Shown: positions 8,458 to 18,528 of the stretch, piece by piece
Position numbering within the stretch: position 1 is the first letter of the stretch
How the letters are laid out: the number at the start of each line of letters is the position of its first letter
Assembly (NCBI GenBank): GCA_016235605.1
Contig: JACRJW010000023.1
Coordinates: 1-55,861 of the forward strand
Length of the DNA: 55,861 nucleotides
Origin: Candidatus Uhrbacteria bacterium
GTDB taxonomy: Bacteria > Patescibacteriota > Patescibacteriia > UBA9934 > GWF2-40-263
Direction of reading: 5' to 3'
Notes under the pieces: model-generated
What the model saw: the letters and a program-made list of their open reading frames with translations, nothing else
Told to the model about the DNA's origin: nothing
The model's database searches: none
Made by a program: the position numbers and the translations under genes

Positions 8458-11115
8458 ATGATGCCGAATAATTTTACACATAAATCACAGGAGGCGATCC
8501 AGATGGCGCACCACATTGCCGTGGAGCATGGTCAGCAGACTCTTGAACCGATTCATCTTCTCTCTTCCCTGCTCACCCAAGACGACGGTGTGGTCGGTGC
8601 GATCGTGGACAAAATCACCCCTTCGCGCGCCACACTTCGCGGTGAGGTCGACGAGATCCTTAAGTCGCTTCCTCGAACCGGCGGAGCCTCTCCAGGCGAA
8701 CTTATACAGATTTACATGAGCCAACAGATGGCCAATGTCTTGGCGCAGGCCCACAAAAAAACAAAAGCCTTCAAGGACGAGTTTATTTCCACGGAGCATT
8801 TGTTCCTTGGACTGCTCACCAACAAAGCCATCAACCGTCTCCTGCTTGGCTACAACATCACCGAGGAAACCGTCATGGCGGCGCTCAAAGACATTCGTGG
8901 CAACCAGCGTGTTGATTCACCTGAACCAGAAGGTCGTTACCAGGCTTTGCAAAAATACGGTTTTGATTTGACGCAGGCAGCGCGCGACGGAAAGCTCGAT
9001 CCGATCATCGGTCGCGACATGGAGATTCGTCGGCTCATGCAAGTCCTCTCACGGCGCACCAAAAATAATCCTGTGCTCATCGGTGAGGCGGGCGTGGGAA
9101 AAACAGCGGTCGTCGAAGGGTTGGCGCAGCGCATTGTCTCAGGCGACGTTCCAGAATTGCTCAAAGAAAAGGTCGTCGTCTCTCTCGATCTCGGCGCACT
9201 TGTGGCTGGCACAAAATATCGTGGGGAGTTTGAAGATCGCCTGAAAGCCGTTATCAAAGAAATTGAAAACTCCAGCGGACGTATCATTTTGTTTATTGAT
9301 GAACTTCACACGATTGTCGGTACAGGAACCACCGAGGGAGGATCGTTGGACGCGTCAAACATTCTTAAACCCGCCCTGGCTCGCGGAAATCTGCGTGCCA
9401 TCGGTGCGACGACACTCAGGGAATACCAAAAACACATCGAAAAAGACGCCGCGCTCGAGCGACGGTTCCAACCTGTGATCGTTGAGGAACCGAGTGTCCA
9501 GGACACGATCGCGATCCTGCGAGGCATCAAAGAAAAATACGAAGTGCACCACGGCGTGCGCATTTCTGATCCGTCGATTGTTGCCGCCGCACAGCTCTCG
9601 CATCGCTACATTACCGATCGCAATCTTCCAGATAAGGCCGTTGATCTTATGGACGAAGCAGGATCAGCTCTGCGCATGCAGATAGATTCCATGCCCGAAG
9701 AGCTCGACAAACTCAAACGCGATCTCATGCGTCTGGAGATTGAACAAAAGGCTCTTCAAAAGGAAGAAGATCGCGAATCAAAGGAGCGATTACGTGATAT
9801 TGAAAAACAGATTGCTGATTTACGAGAAGCCACCTCTGGATTGGAAGGTCGCTGGCAAAACGAAAAGAAAAAAATTACCGAAATTCAAGAAGCAAAGTCA
9901 GAAATCGATTCCTTGCGTGCGCAGGCCGAGGCCGAAGAACGACGCGGCGATTTGGAAAAGGTCGCCGAGATTCGCTATGGAAAACTTCCCCAGGCTGAGA
10001 AGAAGCTACGCAAAATTGAATCTGAGCTCGTAGGTTTGCAAAAAGAACGAGGTCTTCTGAAAGAGGTTGTGGGTGAAGAAGACATCGCGCAAGTTGTTTC
10101 GCGCTGGACGCATATTCCTGTCTCCAAAATGCTTGAGTCAGAAATGGAAAAACTGGCGGACATGGAAACCGAATTGGTAAAACGTGTGGTGGGGCAGGAG
10201 GAAGCCATCAAGGCCGTGTCCAATGCCCTGCGTCGTTCACGTGCAGGCATCGGCGAGGAGAAACGTCCGATCGGTTCGTTCATTTTCTTGGGACCCACGG
10301 GCGTCGGCAAAACAGAACTTGCTCGCGCCTTGGCTGAGTTCATGTTCAATGACGAGTCGGCACTCGTAAGGCTCGACATGTCCGAGTACATGGAAAAACA
10401 TGCCGTCTCAAAAATCATTGGGTCCCCTCCTGGCTACGTCGGCTACGAAGAAGGTGGCCAGCTCACAGAGATTGTTCGACGCAAACCGTACGCGGTTCTC
10501 TTGTTCGACGAAATTGAGAAGGCGCATCCAGACACGTTTCACCTGCTCCTCCAGATCTTGGATGATGGACATCTCACGGACGCAAAAGGTCGCAAGGTGA
10601 ATTTCAAAAACACCATCATCATCATGACGAGCAACCTCGGCTCTGACGTGATTCTTTCTGCCGGCAATACAAAATCCGCTATGGGATTTGATGATGGCGA
10701 AGGCGTGTCAGAAGAAACTGATGTTCAGGATCGCGTCATGCAAATGCTCAAGGATGAATTCAAGCCAGAGTTTTTGAACCGCGTGGACGAAATTATCATG
10801 TTCCACTCCCTGTCCCCTGCGCATATTGCAAAGGTGGTCGAGCTTCAAATCGGCCTTGTCGAAAAACGGCTGAAGTCACAGCGCGGCATTACACTGAGCG
10901 TCACCGATTCTGCTAAGGAACTGCTCGCGACAAAAGGGTTTGATCCAGCCTACGGCGCGCGGCCACTCAAGCGCGTCATCCAGTCGTTGATTCTCGATCC
11001 CCTCGCGCTCAAAATTGTGAGCGGTGAAATCCACGAAGGCGAACGCGTCACCATCGGTTGCAAGGACGATGAGATCGCTTTCCAAACCAAAAAGCTGGCA
11101 AAAGTGAAGGCTTAA
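8458..11115 (+). CDS. clpB: ClpB disaggregase (two AAA+ modules plus middle coiled coil)
   Basis: 885 aa with Walker A GEAGVGKT (NBD1) and GPTGVGKT (NBD2) and a long coiled-coil M domain. Confidence 0.95.
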   Translation: MMPNNFTHKSQEAIQMAHHIAVEHGQQTLEPIHLLSSLLTQDDGVVGAIVDKITPSRATLRGEVDEILKSLPRTGGASPGELIQIYMSQQMANVLAQAHKKTKAFKDEFISTEHLFLGLLTNKAINRLLLGYNITEETVMAALKDIRGNQRVDSPEPEGRYQALQKYGFDLTQAARDGKLDPIIGRDMEIRRLMQVLSRRTKNNPVLIGEAGVGKTAVVEGLAQRIVSGDVPELLKEKVVVSLDLGALVAGTKYRGEFEDRLKAVIKEIENSSGRIILFIDELHTIVGTGTTEGGSLDASNILKPALARGNLRAIGATTLREYQKHIEKDAALERRFQPVIVEEPSVQDTIAILRGIKEKYEVHHGVRISDPSIVAAAQLSHRYITDRNLPDKAVDLMDEAGSALRMQIDSMPEELDKLKRDLMRLEIEQKALQKEEDRESKERLRDIEKQIADLREATSGLEGRWQNEKKKITEIQEAKSEIDSLRAQAEAEERRGDLEKVAEIRYGKLPQAEKKLRKIESELVGLQKERGLLKEVVGEEDIAQVVSRWTHIPVSKMLESEMEKLADMETELVKRVVGQEEAIKAVSNALRRSRAGIGEEKRPIGSFIFLGPTGVGKTELARALAEFMFNDESALVRLDMSEYMEKHAVSKIIGSPPGYVGYEEGGQLTEIVRRKPYAVLLFDEIEKAHPDTFHLLLQILDDGHLTDAKGRKVNFKNTIIIMTSNLGSDVILSAGNTKSAMGFDDGEGVSEETDVQDRVMQMLKDEFKPEFLNRVDEIIMFHSLSPAHIAKVVELQIGLVEKRLKSQRGITLSVTDSAKELLATKGFDPAYGARPLKRVIQSLILDPLALKIVSGEIHEGERVTIGCKDDEIAFQTKKLAKVKA

Positions 11116-11121
11116 GGGAAA

Positions 11122-11130
11122 TGCTATAAT
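11122..11130 (+). promoter_or_regulatory. Extended -10 element (TGcTATAAT) 10 nt upstream of the next ATG
   Basis: tgctataat at 11122-11130, with the ATG at 11141. This implies a leaderless or very short-leader transcript. Confidence 0.45.
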
Positions 11131-11140
11131 AGCTGGGCGT

Positions 11141-12553
11141 ATGAAAAAGCTCAGCTATTTGGTTTTGGCCGCGATGGTCTTTTCGGTTCCCTCGCCAATT
11201 TTCGCGGCAGATGAAGTTTTGTTCAATCCCGATTTTTTGTTATCTGATGCAGATCTCCTGGATCCTGACAGCATGTCGCTCACAGACATCTCGCGTTTCC
11301 TGACGCGTGGCGGTCTTGCGTCCTACACCGACGAGGATGTGGACGGTGTTGAACGGACGGCAGGAGAAATTATTTGGAACGCGGCGCAGGAGTTTGAACT
11401 CAGTCCAAAGTTTTTGTTGACGCTCTTGCAGCGCGAGCAAAGTCTCGTGGAGGATCCAACGCCTTCAGACGATCAGCTCGCTTGGGCCATGGGCTACGCC
11501 GTGTGCGATGACTGTTCCAAGTCTGATCCTCGGATCCAAAAATTCAAGGGCTTTGCTTCGCAGGTTCACTATGCCTCTGAGCGTATTAGGGAATCCTATC
11601 TCACCGATCTTGAGAATCGCGGTTACACCGAAACCGGTGTCGGTCCTGGGATCGAAGTCACGATCGATAACACGACGGTCACGCCTGTGAACTTTGCCAC
11701 CTCGTCGCTGTACACCTACACACCACACCTTCACGGCAACGAAAACTTTGTGACGATCTGGGAACGCTGGTTCGGCCAGGAATACCTCACAGGCTCGCTC
11801 CTGCAAGACAAAGACACCGGCGGCATCTGGCTCATCCAGTACGGTGAACGTCGGCCGATTACGTCGCGCGCGGCGTTTTTTTCGCGCTTCAATGTGAACT
11901 CGGTGGTCGCGGTTAGTGGAACAACTCTTGAGCAATATCCGATCGGGGACGCGATCAGCTTCCCGAATTATTCCTTGCTGCGCTCACCAGGCGGAACGGT
12001 GTACTTGCTTGTCGACGACACGCGCCGCGGATTCACTTCCCAAGAAGCCTTCCGTTCACTCGGGTTTAATCCCGACGAGATCGTGGACGTCAGCTGGGAT
12101 GATTTGAATGTCTACACAGAAGCCACACCGATCAGTGTGGAAACCGTCTATCCTCAGGGTGCGCTTCTGCAGGACAACACCACAGGCGGCGTGTTCTACG
12201 TCGAGAATGGTGAGAAGCATCCGATCGTGTCTCGAGAAATCCTTGCCAACCGTTTTGAGAATCAAACCATCGTGCCGGTCGATCCCGAAAATCTCGACAG
12301 CTACCCACGTGGGGATGAAGTCGGTTTCGCCGATGGGACGCTGATCGGCGTCACTGGATCCCCAGATATTTTTGTTGTCTCGGAAGGCAACCGCCGTCCC
12401 ATTATCGATGAAGTGACCTTCTTCACCTACGGCTGGAGTTTTGACCAAGTCGTCTGGACCAACGAGCGCTCCGTCCTCTTGCATCCGCTGGGTGAGCCCG
12501 TATCAACCGATCTCGATGAAAATGCTGAGGTCGAAATTGCTGTAACGGAATGA
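11141..12553 (+). CDS. Secreted protein with four internal repeats of about 60 aa, unknown function
   Basis: Signal peptide (MKKLSYLVLAAMVFSVPSPIFAADE). Four repeats share G-x-[IVF]-[WYF]-x-[IV]-x(2)-G-x-[RK]-[RH]-[PG]-I...YP-x-G. Confidence 0.7.
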   Translation: MKKLSYLVLAAMVFSVPSPIFAADEVLFNPDFLLSDADLLDPDSMSLTDISRFLTRGGLASYTDEDVDGVERTAGEIIWNAAQEFELSPKFLLTLLQREQSLVEDPTPSDDQLAWAMGYAVCDDCSKSDPRIQKFKGFASQVHYASERIRESYLTDLENRGYTETGVGPGIEVTIDNTTVTPVNFATSSLYTYTPHLHGNENFVTIWERWFGQEYLTGSLLQDKDTGGIWLIQYGERRPITSRAAFFSRFNVNSVVAVSGTTLEQYPIGDAISFPNYSLLRSPGGTVYLLVDDTRRGFTSQEAFRSLGFNPDEIVDVSWDDLNVYTEATPISVETVYPQGALLQDNTTGGVFYVENGEKHPIVSREILANRFENQTIVPVDPENLDSYPRGDEVGFADGTLIGVTGSPDIFVVSEGNRRPIIDEVTFFTYGWSFDQVVWTNERSVLLHPLGEPVSTDLDENAEVEIAVTE

Positions 12554-12620
12554 GTCACTGCCGTGCAGGAGAAGGTCTATAGCAAACTCGATGGCTTTAT
12601 GGATAGATGTCATTATTTTG

Positions 12621-12650
12621 AAAAAAATACGGGCTTTCCGAGAGAGCCCG
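12621..12650 (-). terminator. Candidate intrinsic terminator for the 12692-13630 gene
   Basis: Stem cgggct/agcccg followed on the minus strand by a T-rich run (tattttttt). Confidence 0.5.
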
Positions 12651-12691
12651 CAGTAGGTGGAGTGATCCGTGCGTCGGAGCGGCATCACGGA

Positions 12692-13630
12692 TTAAAGACT
12701 AGCAGCAATGGCCATGATGATGGCAATAATCGCTACCAGGAGCGTCAGACACAGGAGAAGGTCCGTGCCGCCTCTGTCTATTTGGACTACCATGAGTCCT
12801 TCAACCAGACCCGCCCCAGTGATGAAGGCTCCTACGATCAAGGGGCCGAAGTCGACATCAAGCGGATGTGCGGCATCGATGGGATTTTGCTTGGTCACCA
12901 ACCTCCAGTGTTCGGCGGCCATACGAGCCTCTCGTTCAGCCCGTGCACTCAACGAGAGCATGCCCGTTTTGTGCCCCCTGCGCGCAACGTCCTCTGCGCG
13001 CCGATGGAGTTTGTCCAGGCGACGCTCGAAACTTTTGAGGACAGAATCACCACCGTCCCGTGCGATTCGGTCGCGCAATTTTTTGACGGAGTCTGCGATC
13101 TGATCACGCATTTCGCGTGGAAAGATAGCGGCCTTCGGCGATTCGATATCTGTCGCGAAGGAAGCCGTTGCGAACTCGAGGACACGATGGATTTCACCTG
13201 CGTCCATGTGTTCACGTGCCTTGCGGAAGATGTCCCTGGCGGCGAACGAGGCACGACCGATACGGATGGCAGCTTCCTTCGTGACCTTCTGCATGGCAGG
13301 GTGCGCCTGGTGGGCGATCGGAGTGTTGGCGACTCCGTGTACGGCGGTGAGGCTCCCAAGCGAGTCACAGATGGTGTCCATGGCCGTGCGGTCTGCATGG
13401 GCAGGTAGCCCTCCTTCCTCACTGATCCGCCTCTTGCTGTGCACAGAGATTTCCTCTGACGCGCACTCGAGGTACCATGCGGAACGTTCGATCGCATCCT
13501 GCTGGGCTGCGAGCGTTTCGGTGGCGTTGTCGTCTCCCTCAAGATCCGACGGGGTTGATGCGGCGGCCTGAGTGAGCAGTGAAGATGCGGGGAAAATGAT
13601 TCCGCCGGCGAGAAAGTCTCGACGATGCAT
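12692..13630 (-). CDS. Orphan protein with twin-arginine-type signal and C-terminal hydrophobic anchor
   Basis: 312 aa. The N-terminus MHRRDFLAGGIIFPASSLLTQAAA fits the Tat motif (RRxFL plus an h-region plus AxA), and the C-terminus is LLLCLTLLVAIIAIIMAIAASL. A strong SD (AGGAGGG) lies 4-5 nt upstream. Chosen over two overlapping shadow ORFs. Confidence 0.55.
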   Translation of the reverse strand: MHRRDFLAGGIIFPASSLLTQAAASTPSDLEGDDNATETLAAQQDAIERSAWYLECASEEISVHSKRRISEEGGLPAHADRTAMDTICDSLGSLTAVHGVANTPIAHQAHPAMQKVTKEAAIRIGRASFAARDIFRKAREHMDAGEIHRVLEFATASFATDIESPKAAIFPREMRDQIADSVKKLRDRIARDGGDSVLKSFERRLDKLHRRAEDVARRGHKTGMLSLSARAEREARMAAEHWRLVTKQNPIDAAHPLDVDFGPLIVGAFITGAGLVEGLMVVQIDRGGTDLLLCLTLLVAIIAIIMAIAASL

Positions 13631-13647
13631 GTTACCCTCCTGTCATC

Positions 13648-13676
13648 ATTGGACACTTTTGCCTCTACCCTGTCAA
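13648..13676 (-). promoter_or_regulatory. Candidate promoter (TTGACA-N17-TCCAAT) for the Tat-signal orphan
   Basis: On the minus strand: TTGACA (13676-13671), a 17-nt spacer, then TCCAAT (13653-13648). Confidence 0.35.
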
Positions 13677-13736
13677 GTGCCTGTTTTTTAATTTTTAGGT
13701 GGCGCAAATGACCAATATCACTTACGATATCTGTGT

Positions 13737-14534
13737 ATGCTCGTCTTTGCCGCCATTACTCCCCACACACCGCTTCTGATCCCGACGATCGGGTAAGAGA
13801 ATCTCAAGGCCATGAGTCTCACAACAAAAGCCTTGGAGCATCTTGCCGAGGATTTTTATCTTTCACGTCCCGACACCGTGATCGTCATCTCAAGCCACGC
13901 CACCCAGTATCCAGACGCCTTTGCGATCAACTTGCACGACGAGTACCTGATTGATTTCAAAGACTTCGGCGACTTGTCAGCCCACAAAAAACTCGTACCT
14001 GATGTTGAAACCATCACGCAGATCCAACGCGCCGCGCGCGAACAGCACATCCTGCTCACCCTGGACTCTGACTCAGCGCTTGATTATGGGACCGGGGTGC
14101 CGCTCACGTTCTTATTGGAAAAATTACCTGATGTACAGATCGTCCCCGTTTCCCATTCAGGCCTTCCGCCGCGCGATCAGGTCCGATTCGGAAATTTTTT
14201 AAAAGATGCCATCGACGCTTCGCCAAAACGTATTGCGGTCATTGCCTCAGGTGACCTCTCGCATTGCCTTTCTTCAGACTCCCCGCTTGGGTTCCGCCCT
14301 GAGGGTGAAGCGTATGATGCAGACGTTTTAGCATCCGTAAAAAACCAATCTCTCTCAACGCTCCTGAAGCTCGAAGAAGGGATGCTCATAAAAGCCGGCC
14401 AGTGTTTCCATGAACAGCTCCTCATCTTGCTTGGGATCCTTGAGAAAAAAGCTGCGCGTCCAGAAGTCCTCAGCTACGAACATCCCTTCGGCGTCGGCTA
14501 CCTCGTGGCGGAATTTCATTTAACCGACCTATGA
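13737..14534 (+). pseudogene. LigB-type (class III extradiol dioxygenase-like) gene interrupted by an in-frame TAA
   Basis: ATG 13737 encodes MLVFAAITPHTPLLIPTIG, then TAA at 13794-13796. The same frame continues ENLKAMSLTTKALEHL... into ORF 13812-14534. This N-terminus is the typical start of the family. Confidence 0.6.
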
Positions 14535-16357
14535 TCGCCGAGGTCTATCCACTCAAACGGATGAGCCGCGGACTGTCCGCGTTTGATTATCTTGTGCCTG
14601 AAACGTGGAGCGTGGAGCGTGGAGCGTTTGTGCATATTCCCTATCGTCGATCGTTTGTGAACGGTGTGGTGAAACGGGTAAAGGACAAACCGATTCGGGG
14701 AATCCAGCTGAAAACAATCGATCAGCTCTATAAAGGGATACGACTCAGGGAGGAAGAACTCTCTTTTTTTGAATCGCTTGCCAAGGACCTTTTCCAGTCT
14801 CCGGCCACGATGTTGTTCAGCGCGTTTCCACAGTTGCCAAAACAGGAAGATGCACACGGCGCCTCCGCGTCATTTGCTTGGTTGCCACTCACCCTCCCAA
14901 GATCTGAAGCGGAAACCGTCGTGCGGCTCGTGGAACACCTACGGGAGCGATCGCTGGCATTCGTGCAGGCTCCTGACATTCGCCGCGCCACGGCGATTAT
15001 TCTCGGGTACATCCAGAGCAGTGAAAAACAAAAGGTGTTGATCTTGGCGCCGACGATCCGTGACGTGCGGCAGATCCGTTCCCGACTCTCTGGCCTGGAT
15101 CCATGGACCATCACGGGTGAGGAAACAGCGATCGAAAGGTTCAGGCGTTGGAGCGCGTTTCACAGCGCTTCCTCAGGAGTCTTGTTGGGAACACGAACGG
15201 CTGGACTCATGATCGACTCTTCAGTTACCACCATTTTTCTTGTCCGATCAGGAGACGTAAACCACAAACAAGAAGACCGAAACCCGCGATATGATGTGCG
15301 GGAGCTCGTATGGAATCTCCACGAGTCGTTTTCGACGAATCTTTTTTGTCTGGATGTCGTCGCACGTCCACAAACCTTTTCCCGTTTCTCTGCCTCAGAG
15401 ATCCTGAGTTGGCCGATCACCTCCAAGACCGACGTAATCGACGTCAACAAAGATCAAGACCATCGAGGAAAATCAATCACGTACCAAGCTGAGCAGTTGA
15501 TCCAAGAACGTCTCGCCCATGGCCGCATCCTCATCGTCCACAACCAGAAAGGCATTGCGAAACTTTTGTTGTGCCGCGCGTGTGGACATCGACCTGTGTG
15601 TAGGGCGTGCGCAACATCGCTCAGTGCGTTTTCCCATACCCTTGAGTGCGCTCGTTGCCACCGGAGGGAACCGATGATCTTCCGTTGTCCGAAATGCCAC
15701 AGTGGCGACCTCGTCCGTGTTGGTCCTGGGAATCAAGAAGTGGCGCAGGAAGTGAAAAAACTCTTTCCAGCGTGTTCTATCTCTATTATCGATCGCGACC
15801 ACCAGGGCGACGACGGAGCAAAGATCCTCGTGGTGACCTCTTTTTTCCTTGAACAGGTCCATGACGCCTTTCGTCCCGAGCCTTTTTCCCTCGTTCTGCT
15901 CGTAAACGTCGACGCGCCGCTGTTTGGGGACCACCCATCGGCCCTGGAATCGCTCACACACGAACTGTGGCAATGGCGATGGCTCGCGCACGTCAGCCAT
16001 GCTCCCTTCCTTGTGCAAACGGGAAGTCCCTCACTCATCGCAAAGGCGCTTGAGGATCCAGAAGCCTTACTGCGAGAAGACCTCACCTGCCGTGAGTCCT
16101 ACCACCTGCCACCCTTTTACCAATGGCTGTGTCTCACGCTCAAAGAAGAAGAACCGCGCAAGGCGCAACTCGAGATCACACAGCTGAAGGATCGCATCGC
16201 TCAAATTCCAGGCGCGCTGTTCGGGGCGATGGCACACAACCAAAACGAAGGGGCTGTCCTCCAGTTCGGGATCCCTATCCATCACAAAGAGGACCTCCAG
16301 TCGCTCTTCACTTCCCTTCCCGACCGATATATTATTGACACAAGTTTATTTTCGTGA
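14531..16357 (+). CDS. priA: PriA-like primosomal protein N' with degenerate helicase motifs
   Basis: 608 aa with a PriA-type N-terminal region and a CxxC zinc cluster (CRACGHRPVCRACA...CARCH...CPKCHSGDL). No GxGK[ST] Walker A and no DEEH box were found by eye. Confidence 0.7.
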   Translation: MIAEVYPLKRMSRGLSAFDYLVPETWSVERGAFVHIPYRRSFVNGVVKRVKDKPIRGIQLKTIDQLYKGIRLREEELSFFESLAKDLFQSPATMLFSAFPQLPKQEDAHGASASFAWLPLTLPRSEAETVVRLVEHLRERSLAFVQAPDIRRATAIILGYIQSSEKQKVLILAPTIRDVRQIRSRLSGLDPWTITGEETAIERFRRWSAFHSASSGVLLGTRTAGLMIDSSVTTIFLVRSGDVNHKQEDRNPRYDVRELVWNLHESFSTNLFCLDVVARPQTFSRFSASEILSWPITSKTDVIDVNKDQDHRGKSITYQAEQLIQERLAHGRILIVHNQKGIAKLLLCRACGHRPVCRACATSLSAFSHTLECARCHRREPMIFRCPKCHSGDLVRVGPGNQEVAQEVKKLFPACSISIIDRDHQGDDGAKILVVTSFFLEQVHDAFRPEPFSLVLLVNVDAPLFGDHPSALESLTHELWQWRWLAHVSHAPFLVQTGSPSLIAKALEDPEALLREDLTCRESYHLPPFYQWLCLTLKEEEPRKAQLEITQLKDRIAQIPGALFGAMAHNQNEGAVLQFGIPIHHKEDLQSLFTSLPDRYIIDTSLFS

Positions 16358-16371
16358 TAGTTTCATCACCT

Positions 16372-16842
16372 ATGAATCTCCGAGCTGTCCTCAAGAATCC
16401 AAATGAACGTCTTCGCAGAAAAGCGAAGAAGGTTTCGGTTGAAGACATCCATTCACCCGAGATCCAGACCCTCATCGACGACCTCATCGAAACCATGCAA
16501 GTGGAAAATGGTGTTGGGATTGCGGCCACACAAATCGGATCAGACAAACGCGTGATCATTGTGGACGTGAACGGCGTCCTCCCACTCATCAATCCCGAGA
16601 TCGTGGGGAAGTCACTACGCAAAATCGAATTTGAGGAAGGCTGCCTCTCAGTCCCGGGCGTCACGGGCATCGTAAAGCGCCATAAAGAGGTAAAGCTCAA
16701 GGCCTACGATAGAAACGGCGAACCTCTCACGATCCATGCCAAGGGTTTGCTCGCAATTGTTCTCCAACACGAAACCGACCATCTCGATGGCATCTTGTTC
16801 ATCGACAAAGTCATCCGTTACACCAACCCTCCACGCATGTGA
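16372..16842 (+). CDS. def: Peptide deformylase
   Basis: Motifs EGCLSVPG and HETDHLDG. Start set at the ATG giving MNLRAVLKNPNERLRRKAK, which aligns with canonical Def N-termini. The ORF track begins at GTG 16354. Confidence 0.88.
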   Translation: MNLRAVLKNPNERLRRKAKKVSVEDIHSPEIQTLIDDLIETMQVENGVGIAATQIGSDKRVIIVDVNGVLPLINPEIVGKSLRKIEFEEGCLSVPGVTGIVKRHKEVKLKAYDRNGEPLTIHAKGLLAIVLQHETDHLDGILFIDKVIRYTNPPRM

Positions 16843-17792
16843 AAATCGTTTTTTTCGGAACCCCAAGTTTCTCTGTCCCATTCCTCCAAGCCCTCATCGA
16901 CGACCCTGACACACAGGTCGTCGGTGTTGTGTCTCAAGGCGATAAACCAGTCGGTCGCGGCGGTGAAATCCAAGCCTCACCGGTGAAGACCTTGGCTCTC
17001 TCACGCGCCATCCCAGTCTTTACACCAGCATCGCTGAAGACCAATTCTCACATCCACGATCAGCTGCGCGAGCTTAGTGCCGACGTTTTTGTTGTGGTCG
17101 CGTATGGCAAACTTATTCCGCAGTCTATTCTGGACATTCCTCCCCATGGAGTCGTAAACGTTCATCCGTCCCTCCTACCACGTCATCGAGGACCTTCTCC
17201 GATGCAGTTTGCGATCGCACAGGGCGACGTCTTCACCGGCGTGACGATCATGCTCTTGGACGCTGGCATGGACACGGGGCCGATTCTTTCGTTTGAACGG
17301 ATTGATCTGAGCGCGGAGGAAACCTACACAACCCTTTCTCAAAAAGTTCAGGTGACAGGTTCCCGACTTCTCATTCAGACGCTCAGGCGCCACCTGCACG
17401 GTGAGATTGTCCCTCTGCCTCAGGATGATTCCAAATCTCCGGCGACGGTCACTCGCCTACTTGATCGAGAGGACGGTCACATAAACTGGACAGAGTCGAT
17501 GGAAACACTCGAACGCAAGTCCCGCGCCTACATCGAGTGGCCAGGATTGTGGTCTGTGTGGACACGCTCAACCGATGAACAGCTGCGCCTCAAGCTCCTT
17601 TCCATCCGCCCATCTGATTTTACGGCTGACGATCATCCTGGAACCGTGACGATCAAGGACAGCCGTCTGTTCATCGACTGCGCCGACGGCACGCTTGAAA
17701 TTCTCGAGATCCAGCCGGAGGGGAAACCAAAAATGCAGGCAAAGGCTTTCGTGGCAGGCTATTTAGATATCAACAGCGCTGTGCTGAAGTAG
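16839..17792 (+). CDS. fmt: Methionyl-tRNA formyltransferase
   Basis: 317 aa with HPSLLPRHRGPSP and a C-terminal tRNA-binding domain. GTGA overlap with def. Confidence 0.9.
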   Translation: MKIVFFGTPSFSVPFLQALIDDPDTQVVGVVSQGDKPVGRGGEIQASPVKTLALSRAIPVFTPASLKTNSHIHDQLRELSADVFVVVAYGKLIPQSILDIPPHGVVNVHPSLLPRHRGPSPMQFAIAQGDVFTGVTIMLLDAGMDTGPILSFERIDLSAEETYTTLSQKVQVTGSRLLIQTLRRHLHGEIVPLPQDDSKSPATVTRLLDREDGHINWTESMETLERKSRAYIEWPGLWSVWTRSTDEQLRLKLLSIRPSDFTADDHPGTVTIKDSRLFIDCADGTLEILEIQPEGKPKMQAKAFVAGYLDINSAVLK

Positions 17793-18496
17793 CGGTAGTG
17801 GGGTCAGGTCTGGCTATCTCTGAATTCAAATATCCACAACGAATCCTTGCAAGGATAATGGCATCGTTACGTTCCTGCTTCGTTTTTACATCGGCAAAAA
17901 TCTCCTCAAGACTCAAGCGACCAACGATACGTTCATCACGAGGATGCTCCTTGAGTTTTTCTGATCCATTTGTCTTTTCCCAAATCCAATTCACAAACTG
18001 TGGACTCCCCAAAAGAAATCCATTGGTCACCTCATCATAAGGATTTTTGCCACCGATCCCCTCCTCTACAAATGTTCTGTAATCTTGTTGGGCGTCTCGT
18101 TTTTGTTTTGAAAAATTTCCGAGCAACCAATCAACGTACAACCACTCCGGAACACGTCCGGCTCCCGACGTTGCCCGATAACTGCTCCATTTCCAATCTT
18201 TTGGATGTACAACCAAATCTGCACGCACAGCGTTAAGCACGATGTACCTAGCCACTTCAAGAAAATACGTTTCCCTCTCAATGACAAACGCTCTATAACG
18301 CCCTTGAAAGAGATGCCCCACGCGATCGTGTACGACATTAAACCATTGTGAAAAATTCCCATTCAAATCGCGCATCGCGACGGAGAGATTGGCATCGATG
18401 ATCGTGGTCGTTTAAAAAAATATCTTGTTTAGCATTTCCACGGGCGATCACATGATAGAGCGCTCCTGGATATTCAACACGAAGTGGACGGGACAT
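17770..18496 (-). pseudogene. Decayed Y1 (IS200-like / REP-associated RayT-like) transposase
   Basis: An N-terminal fragment from ATG 18496 (MSRPLRVEYPGALYHVIARGNAKQDIF) lies in a different frame from ORF 17770-18375 (GHLFQGRYRAF...WKWSSYRA). The HUH-containing segment expected between them is absent. Confidence 0.6.
17799..17818. repeat. Left arm of a perfect 20-bp inverted repeat flanking the transposase remnant
   Basis: tggggtcaggtctggctatc, preceded by GTAG (17795-17798). It is the exact reverse complement of 18529-18548. Confidence 0.85.
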
Positions 18497-18528
18497 AAAT
18501 TGATATAGTGATCATTTTTGAAAAAGCC

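Noticed and set aside
12563-13707. Two additional long ORFs (12563-13408 plus strand, 12949-13707 minus strand) overlap the Tat-signal orphan.
   Set aside because: Their translations are Cys/Arg/Ser-rich and unstructured-looking, with no start-site signals. The 12692-13630 frame has an SD, a signal peptide and a TM anchor. They are treated as high-GC shadow ORFs.
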